Shown: positions 30,062 through 39,950 of the stretch, piece after piece
How the letters are laid out: every line of letters begins with the position of its first letter
Position numbering within the stretch: position 1 is the stretch's first letter
Origin: an uncultured Chloroflexia bacterium
GTDB taxonomy: Bacteria; Chloroflexota; Limnocylindria; QHBO01
NCBI GenBank assembly: GCA_963827475.1
Contig: CAWHAZ010000005.1
Coordinates: 608,001 to 672,000, forward strand
Length of the DNA: 64,000 nt
Direction: 5' to 3'
Program-made: the position numbers and the translations under genes
Notes under the pieces: model-generated
What the model saw: only the letters and a program-made list of their open reading frames with translations
Told to the model about the DNA's origin: nothing
Database searches by the model: none

Positions 30062-31128
30062 TCAGGCGCTCAGGGTCTGGGGGGCGCCGCAGCGGCGGCA
30101 GAAGCGGGCGGTGGCCGACACGGTCAGGCCGCACGCCCCGCACGGACGGACTGAGGCCCGCTGGGACCCGGACTCGAGGTACCGGGTCGAGGCATCCCAC
30201 ACCGCGGCGAGCGCGGCGCTGTTCGCCGCCGAGCCGGCTCCGCTCGACCGGTAGGGAAGCGCCTCTCGCTGGCCGATCGACACCGTGCCCTCGCCCGGAT
30301 CGTCGATGCCGAGGCTGTCGAGCTGGGAGCGGCGCGCCGCCAGGCTCTCCGGCACCGGCTCGGCGCTGGTTGGGGGGCGGGGAACGAGCGGCCCGCGGAT
30401 GAAGGTGTCGCGGAGGTCCCGCTTCGGCCCGGTCGGGATCGGCGGCTCGAGGGGCGTCGGCGGCTCGGGCTCGACCTCGGCCGACGCGGCGATCGGCTCC
30501 TCCATCGGCTCCTCGACGACCACGTCCGGTGCCTCCGCCGCGACCTGCTCGGCCTCTCCGGCTTCCTCGGCCTCCTCCGCCTCGGCGTCCTCCGCTCGGC
30601 CGCGATTGGTTCCGGCGCGGGCTCCTCGGTCGGGGCCTCTCCGGCCACGGCCGCGATCTCGTCCTGGCTGGGCCAGGCGAGCGTGGGGGGCACGCCCTCC
30701 TCCGCCGGCCAGACGGGCGCCTCCGCCGAGGTCAGCAGCGGTGTCTCGTCCACGGGCTCGGCGAAGAGCGGCGGCGCCAGGATCCGCTCGTCGAACCCGG
30801 CCAGGTCGTCGATGCCCGCCACCGGCACGCACGAGCGGCACCGGCCGGCGTCGTCGTTCCAGCAGCTCACGCAGGTGTAGCGGCGGCAGTCGAAGCAGAA
30901 GTTGAACGTTTCCTGGAAGGCGTCGATCTGCCTGGCGGCGACCTGCTCCTCCTCGGCGCGCATCCCGTCGCTGAGGGAGTCCGACAGGCTGTCCTGGCTC
31001 ATGATGAACTGGCGCAGCCCGGTCACCACGCCACGCGTCTTCTGGGTGCGCGACATCGGCTCGGGCGTGCCGAGCTCGAAGCGCGTGCCGCAGCGCTCGC
31101 AGAAGGATTCGGTCAGCAGTTCAGTCAT
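30062..31128 (-). CDS. Hypothetical multi-zinc-ribbon protein (apparent frameshift ~30596)
   Basis: N-terminal CERC, FCFDCRRYTCVSCW...CRSC; acidic Pro linker; C-terminal CGACG...FCRRCG in the next frame. Confidence 0.65.
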
Positions 31129-31243
31129 GCATCAGGACCCGACAGGGCGGGGTAGAAAGTATAGCCACGGCCTCTTGGCAGGCCCGATCGGGCCAAAGTA
31201 CCGCGACGGGCGCCGTTCGTACCCCATGCTAGGATCGCTGGCC

Positions 31244-31993
31244 GTGGGCATCTTCCGACGCCTCGAGGGATTCCTCGAGCGGGTGGTCGAGGCGCCCGCC
31301 GGACGCATGGGGGCGGCACCGCAGCCGGTGACCCTGGCCAAGCGGATCGCGCGCGCCATGGACACCAACAAGCGTTTCGGCGAGGACGGCGTGATCGTCC
31401 CCAACCGCTATGTCCTGCACCTCAGCCCGACCGACTACGCCTCCTTCGAGTCGTACCACGGGTCGCTCGAGGACGACCTGGCGCATGACGTGCTGACTCG
31501 CGCCCGGAAGGAGGGCTACCGCCTGATGGCCCGTCCCCGGGTCATTCTCCGTTCCGACAGCCTGGTCCCACGGGGCGAGGTCCGCGTGGCGGCGGCGGTC
31601 GCGGATGACGAGGCGGCGCCGATCGAGGCGCGACCGGAGGCGGATGCGACCGCCGTCCTGGCCCGTGCCGGTCACGCCGTCCCGGAGCCGAATACGGCCT
31701 CGCGCGCCTACCTGGTGGTCCAGACCGATGGCGGCCCGGCCGCCCGCTTCGACCTCGGTGGCGCGCTGATCGCCGTCGGCCGGGCCGCCGACAACGACGT
31801 GATCCTCGACGACCCGCAGGTCAGCCGCCATCACTGCCAGCTCAAGCTGCAGCACGGGGCATATGGGTTCGTCGACCTCCAGAGCCGCAACGGCTCGACG
31901 GTGAACGGCCAGCCAGTCGAGGAGATCGCCCTGGCCGATGGCGATCGGATCCGGGTCGGCAACACCAGCATCGAGTTCCGGCTGCGCGGATGA
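31244..31993 (+). CDS. fhaA: FhaA-like DUF3662 + FHA domain protein
   Basis: LEGFLERVVE...PVTLAKRI...VPNRYVLHLSPTD; FHA GR...VSRHH...DLQSRNG. Confidence 0.88.
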   Translation: MGIFRRLEGFLERVVEAPAGRMGAAPQPVTLAKRIARAMDTNKRFGEDGVIVPNRYVLHLSPTDYASFESYHGSLEDDLAHDVLTRARKEGYRLMARPRVILRSDSLVPRGEVRVAAAVADDEAAPIEARPEADATAVLARAGHAVPEPNTASRAYLVVQTDGGPAARFDLGGALIAVGRAADNDVILDDPQVSRHHCQLKLQHGAYGFVDLQSRNGSTVNGQPVEEIALADGDRIRVGNTSIEFRLRG

Positions 31994-32006
31994 CCGAACC
32001 CCGCCA

Positions 32007-32450
32007 GTGACCAACGACATCCTGCGCCTGATCCTGCTCGTCCTCCAGCTCGGCTTCCTCGCCCTCCTGTTCGTCGTGCTCTACCGCTTCGCCCGGGCCC
32101 TGCGCGCCGACCTCCGCCAGGCGGAAGCGGCCCAGGCGGCTTCGCGGACCGGCATCGGTCGACTCGTCGTGCTCGAGTCGCCCGGCGGCGAGCCGGCGGT
32201 GGACCGCGTCCTGCACATCGGTCCGATCACCACCATCGGTCGAGACCTGAACAGCACGATCTACCTCGACGACGAGTTCGCCAGCGGCACGCACGCCGCC
32301 CTGACCTTCCGCGGCCGGGCGTGGTACGTGGAGGACCGGGGCAGCACCAACGGGACCTGGGTCAACGGCCACCGCATCCAGCGGCCGGTGGCGCTCTCCT
32401 ACGGCGACGAGCTCACCGTCGGCCGCGTCCGGTTCCGCCTCGAGCGCTGA
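32007..32450 (+). CDS. fhaB: FhaB/FipA-like TM + FHA domain protein
   Basis: N-terminal TM helix; IGR...DEFASGTHA...EDRGSTNGT. Confidence 0.85.
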   Translation: MTNDILRLILLVLQLGFLALLFVVLYRFARALRADLRQAEAAQAASRTGIGRLVVLESPGGEPAVDRVLHIGPITTIGRDLNSTIYLDDEFASGTHAALTFRGRAWYVEDRGSTNGTWVNGHRIQRPVALSYGDELTVGRVRFRLER

Positions 32451-32452
32451 GC

Positions 32453-33796
32453 GTGTACCGCCTCGCCACCCGACGCGTCGAGTTCACCCTGCTCGTCCCC
32501 GTCCTGCTCCTCGTGCCGCTCGGGGTCGCGGTCACCAACATCGCCCAGTCCGGGGTGGCGGAGATCGGACCGATGGCGGTCGCGATCGCCTTCGTGGCGC
32601 TCATCGCGGTCGCCCACCTTGTCCTGGCCTGGTCGGGGCACCGGGGTGACGAGCTGCTCCTTCCAGCCGCCGCGGCGATGGGCGCGATCGGCGTGGTCAT
32701 GCTCAACCGCCTGCCGCAGGACCTGGCCGGCAACGCGGCCCTCAACCTCGGCATGGTCGGTACCCAGCTGGTGTGGTTCGGCGTCGGCCTCGCGGCCATG
32801 CTCGTTGTCGCGATCGGTCTGCGGGACGACGGGTTCCTGCGTCACTACAAGTACACCTGGGGCCTGTTCGCCGCCCTCCTCCTGATCGTCACCTTCCTGT
32901 TCGGCACGGAAGTCAACGACGCGCGGCTGTGGATCGTGGTCGGGCCCTTTGGCTTCCAGCCGTCGGAGGCGATCAAGGTCATGCTCGTGATCTTCCTCGC
33001 CGGCTACCTGGCTGAGAACCGCGCCGTGCTCGCCGGAGCGAGCCTGCGGCTGGGGCCGCTCACCCTGCCACCGCTCCCGTACCTCGCCCCCATGCTGATC
33101 GTGTTCGCGGGCGTGATGCTGGTGGTGGTCGTGAGCCGCGACCTCGGCACGGCCCTCCTGTTCTTCGGCGTGTTCCTGACCATGCTGTTCGTGGCCACCG
33201 GCCGCCGGGCCTACGTCCTGTTCGGGATGGTCCTGTTCCTGGCCGGGTCCGCCGTCGCCTACGCGCTGTTCCCGCATGTCGCCGACCGGATCAACACCTG
33301 GCTCGACCCCTGGGCCGATCCGAGCGGGTCCGGGTACCAGGCCGTCCAGGCTCTGTACGCGTTCGCCCGAGGCGGGCTGCTGGGGGAGGGCCTGGGACAG
33401 GGCCTGCCCACGATCGGGGGCCGCCTGCCGGTCCCCGCCGTCCACACCGACATGATCTTTGCCGCCATCGGCGAGGAGCTGGGGATGCTCGGCGGCGTGG
33501 CGCTCCTCGGGCTGGTGGCGGTGCTGATGGCCCGCGGCCTCCGGATCGCGGTCCTCGCCCGCGATGACTTCAGCACGATGCTTGCCGCCGGGCTGACGGC
33601 CGGACTGGTCCTCCAGAGCCTGATCATCGTCGGCGGCAACCTGAAGGTCGTGCCGCTGACCGGCATCACCCTGCCCTTCGTGAGCTACGGCGGGTCGAGC
33701 CTGCTCGCGAGCTTCGTCGTGGTTGGCATCCTCCTGTCCATCAGCCACCGCTCGACGCCCCCCGTCGCGGCGCCGGGCCCGGAGCCAGGCCCGTGA
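32453..33796 (+). CDS. rodA: SEDS family peptidoglycan glycosyltransferase RodA/FtsW
   Basis: FQPSEAIK, DLGTA, HTDMIFAAIGEELG, PLTGITLPFVSYGGSS. Confidence 0.92.
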   Translation: MYRLATRRVEFTLLVPVLLLVPLGVAVTNIAQSGVAEIGPMAVAIAFVALIAVAHLVLAWSGHRGDELLLPAAAAMGAIGVVMLNRLPQDLAGNAALNLGMVGTQLVWFGVGLAAMLVVAIGLRDDGFLRHYKYTWGLFAALLLIVTFLFGTEVNDARLWIVVGPFGFQPSEAIKVMLVIFLAGYLAENRAVLAGASLRLGPLTLPPLPYLAPMLIVFAGVMLVVVVSRDLGTALLFFGVFLTMLFVATGRRAYVLFGMVLFLAGSAVAYALFPHVADRINTWLDPWADPSGSGYQAVQALYAFARGGLLGEGLGQGLPTIGGRLPVPAVHTDMIFAAIGEELGMLGGVALLGLVAVLMARGLRIAVLARDDFSTMLAAGLTAGLVLQSLIIVGGNLKVVPLTGITLPFVSYGGSSLLASFVVVGILLSISHRSTPPVAAPGPEPGP

Positions 33797-35325
33797 TCGC
33801 GATCCACCTGCCCCGCCTGGCGACCGCGATGCTGGTCTGCTTCGCCCTGCTGGTCGGGGCCATGTCGTGGTGGCAGGTCGTGGCCGCGTCGTCCCTCGAG
33901 TCGCGACCCGACAACCCCGCCCTCATCGCCGCGCACCGCAGCCAGCCGCGGGGCACGATCTTCGATCGCAACGGGACGGTCCTGGCCTCGACGGCCGTTC
34001 TCGACGACCTCGCCCGCCGGACTTACCTCGACCAGGCGTCCACCCACCTCCTCGGGTACGCGTCGCTGCGCTACGGGACGGCCGGGGTCGAGCGAGCCTG
34101 GGACGAGCTGCTCATCGGCCTCCGCGACCCGAACCCGCTCCACGACATCGTGAATGACGTGCTCCAGCGGCCGCCGGAGCCACACGACCTGGTGCTGACC
34201 GTGGACCAGCGGCTGCAGTCCTTCGCCGCCGCCCAGCTGAGTGGCAGCGTCGGGGCGCTGGTCGCGCTGGACCCGGCCACCGGTGAGGTCCTCGCCCTGG
34301 CATCCAGCCCCACGTTCGATGCCACCGCCATCAGCGGCGATCCCGCGGCCGCCGAGGCGCCGTGGCTCGCCCTCCAGGCGGATCCCACCCTGCCCCTCGT
34401 GAACCGGGCGACGACCGGGGTCTACGTTCCCGGGTCGATCATGAAGGTCCTGACCGCGGCGGCCGCCCTGGACGCCGGGGTCATCACTCCCGACACCACG
34501 TTCCCGACGCAGCCCCAGGAGGAGGTGACCGGGTTCGTGGTCAACGGATTCACCATCCGCGAGCACGACCTGGCCGGTGTCCCGCCCGCCCTGTGGGACC
34601 TGTCCGAGGCGATGCAGATCTCGAGCAACATCTACTTCGCCCATGTCGGGCTGGAGCTCGGCCAGCGCCCCTACCTGGTCGGGGCCAGCGCCTTCGGCTT
34701 CTGTGACGACCTCAGGATCGGGCCCGCCAGCCACGGGCTGCCGGTCTCCGCCTCCGCGGTCACCGCCCTGACCGACACCGGCTGCGCCGACTTCGTGGAC
34801 GACGCGGAGCTGGCGTCCGCGGCGTTCGGCCAGGCCCGGGTCACCGCCACCCCGGTGCAGATGGCGCTGGTGGCGGCCACCATCGCCAACCACGGAACCA
34901 TGGTCGAGCCCTTCGTCGTGCGCGAGGTCCGCGCCCCCGACCCGGCCGGCGGCCCCGGCTCGGTGACTGCGACCTACGACAGCCCCGGCACGCGCTCGGT
35001 GGTCAGCCCGCTGTCCGCAGACCAGACGCGCCAGGTCATGGTCGATGCGGTGCATGGGCCGTTGGGCGCGCCGTATGCGGGAGCGGCCGATGTCGCTCGC
35101 TACGGCATCGGTGGCGTGGAGACGGCCGGCAAGACTGGGACCGCCGAGCGCGGCGAGGGGCTGCCGCCGCACTCGTGGTTCATCGGCTTCGTCCCCGCCG
35201 GCGACGGCTCCACCCCCGCCATCGCGATCGCGGTCATCGTCGAGGGTGCCGGCCCCGGCTCCACGGCGGCGGCGCCTATCGGCGGGCGGGTCATGGCGGA
35301 GTGGCTCCGGCTGAACGGAAATTGA
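33793..35325 (+). CDS. pbpA: Class B penicillin-binding protein
   Basis: RGTIFDRNG, PGSIMK (SxxK), SSN (SxN), GKTGTAE (KTG). Confidence 0.9.
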   Translation: MIAIHLPRLATAMLVCFALLVGAMSWWQVVAASSLESRPDNPALIAAHRSQPRGTIFDRNGTVLASTAVLDDLARRTYLDQASTHLLGYASLRYGTAGVERAWDELLIGLRDPNPLHDIVNDVLQRPPEPHDLVLTVDQRLQSFAAAQLSGSVGALVALDPATGEVLALASSPTFDATAISGDPAAAEAPWLALQADPTLPLVNRATTGVYVPGSIMKVLTAAAALDAGVITPDTTFPTQPQEEVTGFVVNGFTIREHDLAGVPPALWDLSEAMQISSNIYFAHVGLELGQRPYLVGASAFGFCDDLRIGPASHGLPVSASAVTALTDTGCADFVDDAELASAAFGQARVTATPVQMALVAATIANHGTMVEPFVVREVRAPDPAGGPGSVTATYDSPGTRSVVSPLSADQTRQVMVDAVHGPLGAPYAGAADVARYGIGGVETAGKTGTAERGEGLPPHSWFIGFVPAGDGSTPAIAIAVIVEGAGPGSTAAAPIGGRVMAEWLRLNGN

Positions 35326-35351
35326 ACCCGGGCCGCGGAACCGGCGTCATA
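35323..35351 (+). promoter_or_regulatory. Possible ECF-sigma promoter upstream of moxR
   Basis: TGAACC-N16-CGTCATA, matching the AAC...CGTC ECF consensus. Confidence 0.35.
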
Positions 35352-35421
35352 CCCGGAGTGAACCGTTCCGCTCGCGGCTGCGGTATTGTCCGTTGACCCA
35401 CCTCCCCATCAGGAGCCGCCC

Positions 35422-36378
35422 GTGAACGTCCAGGAGCCGGCCGAGCGCACCATCGGCAACATCGAGCGCGTCATCGTCGGCAAGCACGCCGAGGTTCGGC
35501 TCGCGCTGGTGGCGCTCCTGACCGAGGGTCACATCCTCATCGAGGACGTGCCCGGCGTCGGCAAGACGATGCTGGCCAAGGCGCTGAGCAAGAGCATCGG
35601 CTGCACCTTCAGCCGCATCCAGTTCACGCCCGACCTCCTGCCGTCGGACGTCACAGGCCTGTCGATCTTCAACCAGAAATCGCAGGACTTCGAGTTCCGG
35701 TCAGGACCGATCATGGCCCAGGTCGTCCTCGCCGACGAGATCAACCGGGCCACCCCCAAGACGCAGAGCGCACTCCTCGAGTGCATGGAGGAGGGCCAGG
35801 CCACGATCGATGGCACCAGCCACCCGATGCCGACCCCGTTCCTGGTCATCGCCACTCAGAACCCGATCGAGTACGAGGGGACCTTCGCCCTGCCCGAGGC
35901 CCAGCTCGACCGGTTCCTGCTCCGCATTCGGCTCGGCTACCCGAAGCCGATGGAGGAGCTCGTCATCCTCGACGAGCAGAAGCGCACCCATCCGATCGAG
36001 GCGCTGCAGCAGGTCCTCAGCATCGACGAGCTGCGCCAGATGCAGGCCGGGGTCAAGGAGATCTACGTCGACCAGGGCGTGGCCGACTACATCATTCGCC
36101 TGGTGGGTGCGACCCGCGAGCACGCCGACGTCTACCTCGGCGCGTCGCCACGCGGATCGCTCCACCTCTACAAGGCCGCACAGGCATTGGCTGCGATCAA
36201 CGGTCGCGACTACGTGATCCCCGATGACGTCAAGCAGCTGGCGGTGCCCGTCCTGGGGCACCGCCTCATCGTGCGGAGCCAGGCATCGCTGCGGGAGGTG
36301 GACAACGACGCCATCGTCCGCGAGATCCTGACCACCATCCCGATCGCCGAGCCGACCGAAGCCGGCTTGCCGGCGTAG
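35422..36378 (+). CDS. moxR: MoxR family AAA+ ATPase
   Basis: [55 protein letters not shown]. Confidence 0.95.
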   Translation: MNVQEPAERTIGNIERVIVGKHAEVRLALVALLTEGHILIEDVPGVGKTMLAKALSKSIGCTFSRIQFTPDLLPSDVTGLSIFNQKSQDFEFRSGPIMAQVVLADEINRATPKTQSALLECMEEGQATIDGTSHPMPTPFLVIATQNPIEYEGTFALPEAQLDRFLLRIRLGYPKPMEELVILDEQKRTHPIEALQQVLSIDELRQMQAGVKEIYVDQGVADYIIRLVGATREHADVYLGASPRGSLHLYKAAQALAAINGRDYVIPDDVKQLAVPVLGHRLIVRSQASLREVDNDAIVREILTTIPIAEPTEAGLPA

Positions 36379-36405
36379 GCCGGATCTCGGAGGGGAGGCG
36401 AGCCC

Positions 36406-37644
36406 GTGGGACGTGTCGGCCGTCGGCTGCCGGTCATCTTCGTCGCCACCGTGCTGGTGGTCGCCGCGTTCAGCACCGGGCTGACGGTCCTGTTCTTCCT
36501 CGTCTACCTGGCCGGGGCCCTGGTCATCGGTTCGTGGTGGTACGCGCGACGCGGGCTCGGCGGGGTGCGTGCCGGCTACCACGTCCTCAACCCGCGGGCG
36601 CAGGTGGGGGAGCTGCTGCACGCGGTGTACCGCATCGACAACGACGCGGGGTGGTCGAAGCCGTGGCTGGAGGTCACCAACGACTCGAACCTGCCGATCG
36701 GGCTGCCCGGGCGGGTGATCGGGGTGCAGGCCGTCGGCAGCCGGCAGTGGCTGTCGAAGGTGTCGCTCACCCGTCGCGGCACATACCGCATCGGTCCGGT
36801 GAAGGTCCGCACCGGCGACCCGTTCGGGCTGTTCACCTCCGAGATGCTCGTCGGGCGCCCGACGACGGTCGTCGTCTTTCCCAAGGTCTTCGAGCTGCCG
36901 CACTGGCAGCTCCCGCCGGCGCCGATCGAGGGAACGGCGGCCGCCCGTCGACGGCGGGAGATGGCCTCACCCTTGGCCGCCACCATCCGGCCCTACGCTC
37001 CCGGCGACGCCATCAACCGCATCCACTGGCCGACCAGCGTCCGGCATGGCGAGCTGCAGGTGAAGGAGTTCGACCCGGAGCAGGCCGCCGACCTGTGGCT
37101 CATCCTGGACCTGGACCGCTCCGTGCACGTCGGGACCGGCGACGGCTCATCGGTCGAAACCGCGGTCAGCGTCGCGGCCTCGATCGCGGTCCGGACCCTT
37201 GCCGACAACCGGGCGGTGGGAATGACCGCCTCCGCCCGACGGGCCCACGTCCTGACCCCGGACCGGGGGTCGCGGGTCGAACAGAAGATCCTCCACCTGC
37301 TGGCCAACGTCCAGGCCGACGGCGTGCAGCCCCTGGCCGAAGTCGTGACGGCCAGCCTGCCCCAGTTCCGGCGGGGGATGACCGTCTGCATCGTCACCGG
37401 GTCCACGGCGCGCGACTGGATCCGTCCGCTCGCCACGCTGCCGCGCCGGGGCATCGGCCTGATCGCGGTCCTCCTCGACCTCGGCTCGTTCGCGACCGCC
37501 GCGGGGCAGGAGCCGGCGACCGGCGCCGCCGACATGTCGGCCGTCCGTCACGCCCTGGCCGAGTACGGCATCGCCCATCTCCAGCTGAGCTCCGGCGACG
37601 ACCCGGCGCGCGTCCTCGTCACCCGGGAGCGGATCCGTGTCTGA
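36406..37644 (+). CDS. DUF58 domain protein
   Basis: RRG...DPFGLF, IRPYAPGD..NRIHW, LQVKEF; canonical partner of moxR. Confidence 0.9.
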   Translation: MGRVGRRLPVIFVATVLVVAAFSTGLTVLFFLVYLAGALVIGSWWYARRGLGGVRAGYHVLNPRAQVGELLHAVYRIDNDAGWSKPWLEVTNDSNLPIGLPGRVIGVQAVGSRQWLSKVSLTRRGTYRIGPVKVRTGDPFGLFTSEMLVGRPTTVVVFPKVFELPHWQLPPAPIEGTAAARRRREMASPLAATIRPYAPGDAINRIHWPTSVRHGELQVKEFDPEQAADLWLILDLDRSVHVGTGDGSSVETAVSVAASIAVRTLADNRAVGMTASARRAHVLTPDRGSRVEQKILHLLANVQADGVQPLAEVVTASLPQFRRGMTVCIVTGSTARDWIRPLATLPRRGIGLIAVLLDLGSFATAAGQEPATGAADMSAVRHALAEYGIAHLQLSSGDDPARVLVTRERIRV

Positions 37645-39946
37645 AGACGCCGTCGACGATCGTCGGCTTGTCATTCCCGGACCGCGGGAGGGGTGGATGA
37701 GCGTTGTCCTGCTCGCGGTGATGCTCCTCAGTCTGTGCTGGTCGGTGCAGTCGGCCGGGTGGCTCGACCAGATGGAGTTCCTCATCCCCGTTGCGCTGTG
37801 GGCGCTGGTCGCCGGCCTCGCCTTCGGCACCAGCCGCCTGTCGGTGGCCATCACCATGCCGATCTCGGCGCTCCTCGGCGCCGGCATCATCCTGTGGACG
37901 GTCGGGGGCGAGTTCCATCCGGAGCTCGATCAGCTGGCGCGGCTCGACGCCATGCGGACCGTGGCCTTCGATGCCGCCCTCAGCGCCTACCGCTTCGGAG
38001 CGATCCAGCAGGCGGTGGTGATGGCCATCGGCTTCGGGGTCCTGATGTGGACGACGTCGTACACCGCAGCCTTCGTCATGTACCGCCGCCACCACGTCCT
38101 CGACGCGATCCTGCTCATCGGCGCCTTCCTGGTCATCAACCTGGTCGCCACCGTCCGCGACCTGTTCTTCTACCTCGTCCTGTTCGCGCTCGCGTCCCTG
38201 TTGCTGTGGCTGCGCGCCGCCCTCATCGAGCGGCGTGCGGGCTGGCAGACCCGCCGAGTGACCGAGAACCTCGACGTCCCCACCTCGATCATGCGCAGCG
38301 GCGTGATCTTCACGGCCATCTCCATCGGCCTGGCATGGGTGCTGACCTCGGTGGCGGTCGCGGCTCCGCTGACCGCCGCGGTGCGGAGCCTGGACCAGCT
38401 GTGGCTCGACTTCGCAACCGAGGCCAGCGGCTTCTTCCAGGGCCTGAACAGCTCCGGCGCGCGCCCGATCTCGGCTGGCGTCGGGAGCTCGATGACCGTC
38501 GGTCCCTCGTGGACCACATCAGACGAGCCGGTGCTCCGCCTGCGCGCCGAGCGGCCCTACTACCTCGCGTCGGTCACCCTCGACCACTACACCGGCCGCG
38601 GCTTCTCGGCGACCGGCCTGACCAGCCGATCGGTGGCCGTCGAGGCGGATGTGTTCTCGGGGTGGACGCCGGACAGGCCCCAGTCCACCGACGGATTCGA
38701 GCCGGTGACGGTCCAGATCGAGATCCTCGAGCCGCAGGGGCGCGACCTGTACACCCCGGGGTTCCCGGTCCGGTTCTTCGCGCCGGTCGTCGTCGCGGAG
38801 CCGGGCGGGCAGCCGACACTCGGTGCCGTCGACGCCGCCGGGTCGCTGAACAGCGGACAGATGTACGACGTCACCGCGATCGTGTCCGACGTGACCGAGG
38901 CCCAGCTCGCTGCCGCGGTGACCACCTACGAGCCCGAGATCACGAGCCTCTACCTCGACACGACGGGCGTCAGCCCGGCCACCGTGTCGCTCGCCGAGGA
39001 GATCGTCGCCGGGGCGGAGCCCGACCCCTACCACCGGGCCAAGGCCCTGGCCGCATACCTGCGGGGGGATGGCTTCACCTACGACACCTCCGTGATTCTT
39101 CCCAGTGACCCGACCGTGGACCTGGTCGACCACTTCCTGTTCGCCCCGGACGGTCGTCGCGGGTTCTGCGTCTACTACGCCTCCGCCATGGTGATGATGG
39201 CCCGCAGCGTGGGCATCCCGGCCCGGTTCGTGATCGGGTACGCCCCCGGCGAACGAGTCGAGGACGGGGTCTTCCAGGTGACCCAGAAGGACTCCCATGC
39301 GTGGGCCGAGCTGTACTTCCCCGGCTACGGGTGGCAGATCTTCGAGTCCACGAAGAGCATCAACCCCCGCTTCGCGCGGGCCAGTGGCGATCCCAACGCC
39401 GTGACTCGGATCCTGCCGAACCGTGGCGTGGACGCCGGCCCGTTCGGGCCGGGCACCCTGTCGCCCCAGAAGTACGGCGAGCCGGCGCCGAGCTACCAGC
39501 CGATTCCCGGTGGCTACCAGGCCGGGGACGAGCCCGCGGTCAACGACACGCGCGAGGGCAACGCCTGGATCTTCCTGGGGCTGCTCGGAATTGCCTTGCT
39601 CATCGGGATGTGGCGCTGGTTCTCGGCTCGGCGACGGTTCCGTTTCCTGTCACCGGGCGATCGGGGCTGGGCCCGGCTCAACCTCGCCGCCCAACGGGCG
39701 GGCATCGGCCGGCACCCGTCGGAGACGTTCTACGAGTACGCCGGCTGGCTGGAGACCGAGCTGCCGGCGCGGGCGACCGAGATCCGGACCATCGCCGACG
39801 GGAAGGTGTGGTCGGCCTACTCGGGTCGCTCGATGAGCGAGCGAGCGATCGAAGCCATCGAGCGGGCGTGGGACCGTCTGCGCGTGCCGCTGACCACGCT
39901 CGCCATCCGACGGCGGGTGTCGTCCTTCTTCCGGCGACCGATCTGA
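37637..39946 (+). CDS. Membrane transglutaminase-like protein (TgpA type, DUF4129-like tail)
   Basis: Multiple TM helices; GFCVYYASAM, GIPARFVIGY, HAWAELYFPGYGW..FE. Confidence 0.88.
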   Translation: MSEDAVDDRRLVIPGPREGWMSVVLLAVMLLSLCWSVQSAGWLDQMEFLIPVALWALVAGLAFGTSRLSVAITMPISALLGAGIILWTVGGEFHPELDQLARLDAMRTVAFDAALSAYRFGAIQQAVVMAIGFGVLMWTTSYTAAFVMYRRHHVLDAILLIGAFLVINLVATVRDLFFYLVLFALASLLLWLRAALIERRAGWQTRRVTENLDVPTSIMRSGVIFTAISIGLAWVLTSVAVAAPLTAAVRSLDQLWLDFATEASGFFQGLNSSGARPISAGVGSSMTVGPSWTTSDEPVLRLRAERPYYLASVTLDHYTGRGFSATGLTSRSVAVEADVFSGWTPDRPQSTDGFEPVTVQIEILEPQGRDLYTPGFPVRFFAPVVVAEPGGQPTLGAVDAAGSLNSGQMYDVTAIVSDVTEAQLAAAVTTYEPEITSLYLDTTGVSPATVSLAEEIVAGAEPDPYHRAKALAAYLRGDGFTYDTSVILPSDPTVDLVDHFLFAPDGRRGFCVYYASAMVMMARSVGIPARFVIGYAPGERVEDGVFQVTQKDSHAWAELYFPGYGWQIFESTKSINPRFARASGDPNAVTRILPNRGVDAGPFGPGTLSPQKYGEPAPSYQPIPGGYQAGDEPAVNDTREGNAWIFLGLLGIALLIGMWRWFSARRRFRFLSPGDRGWARLNLAAQRAGIGRHPSETFYEYAGWLETELPARATEIRTIADGKVWSAYSGRSMSERAIEAIERAWDRLRVPLTTLAIRRRVSSFFRRPI

Positions 39947-39950
39947 GCGG

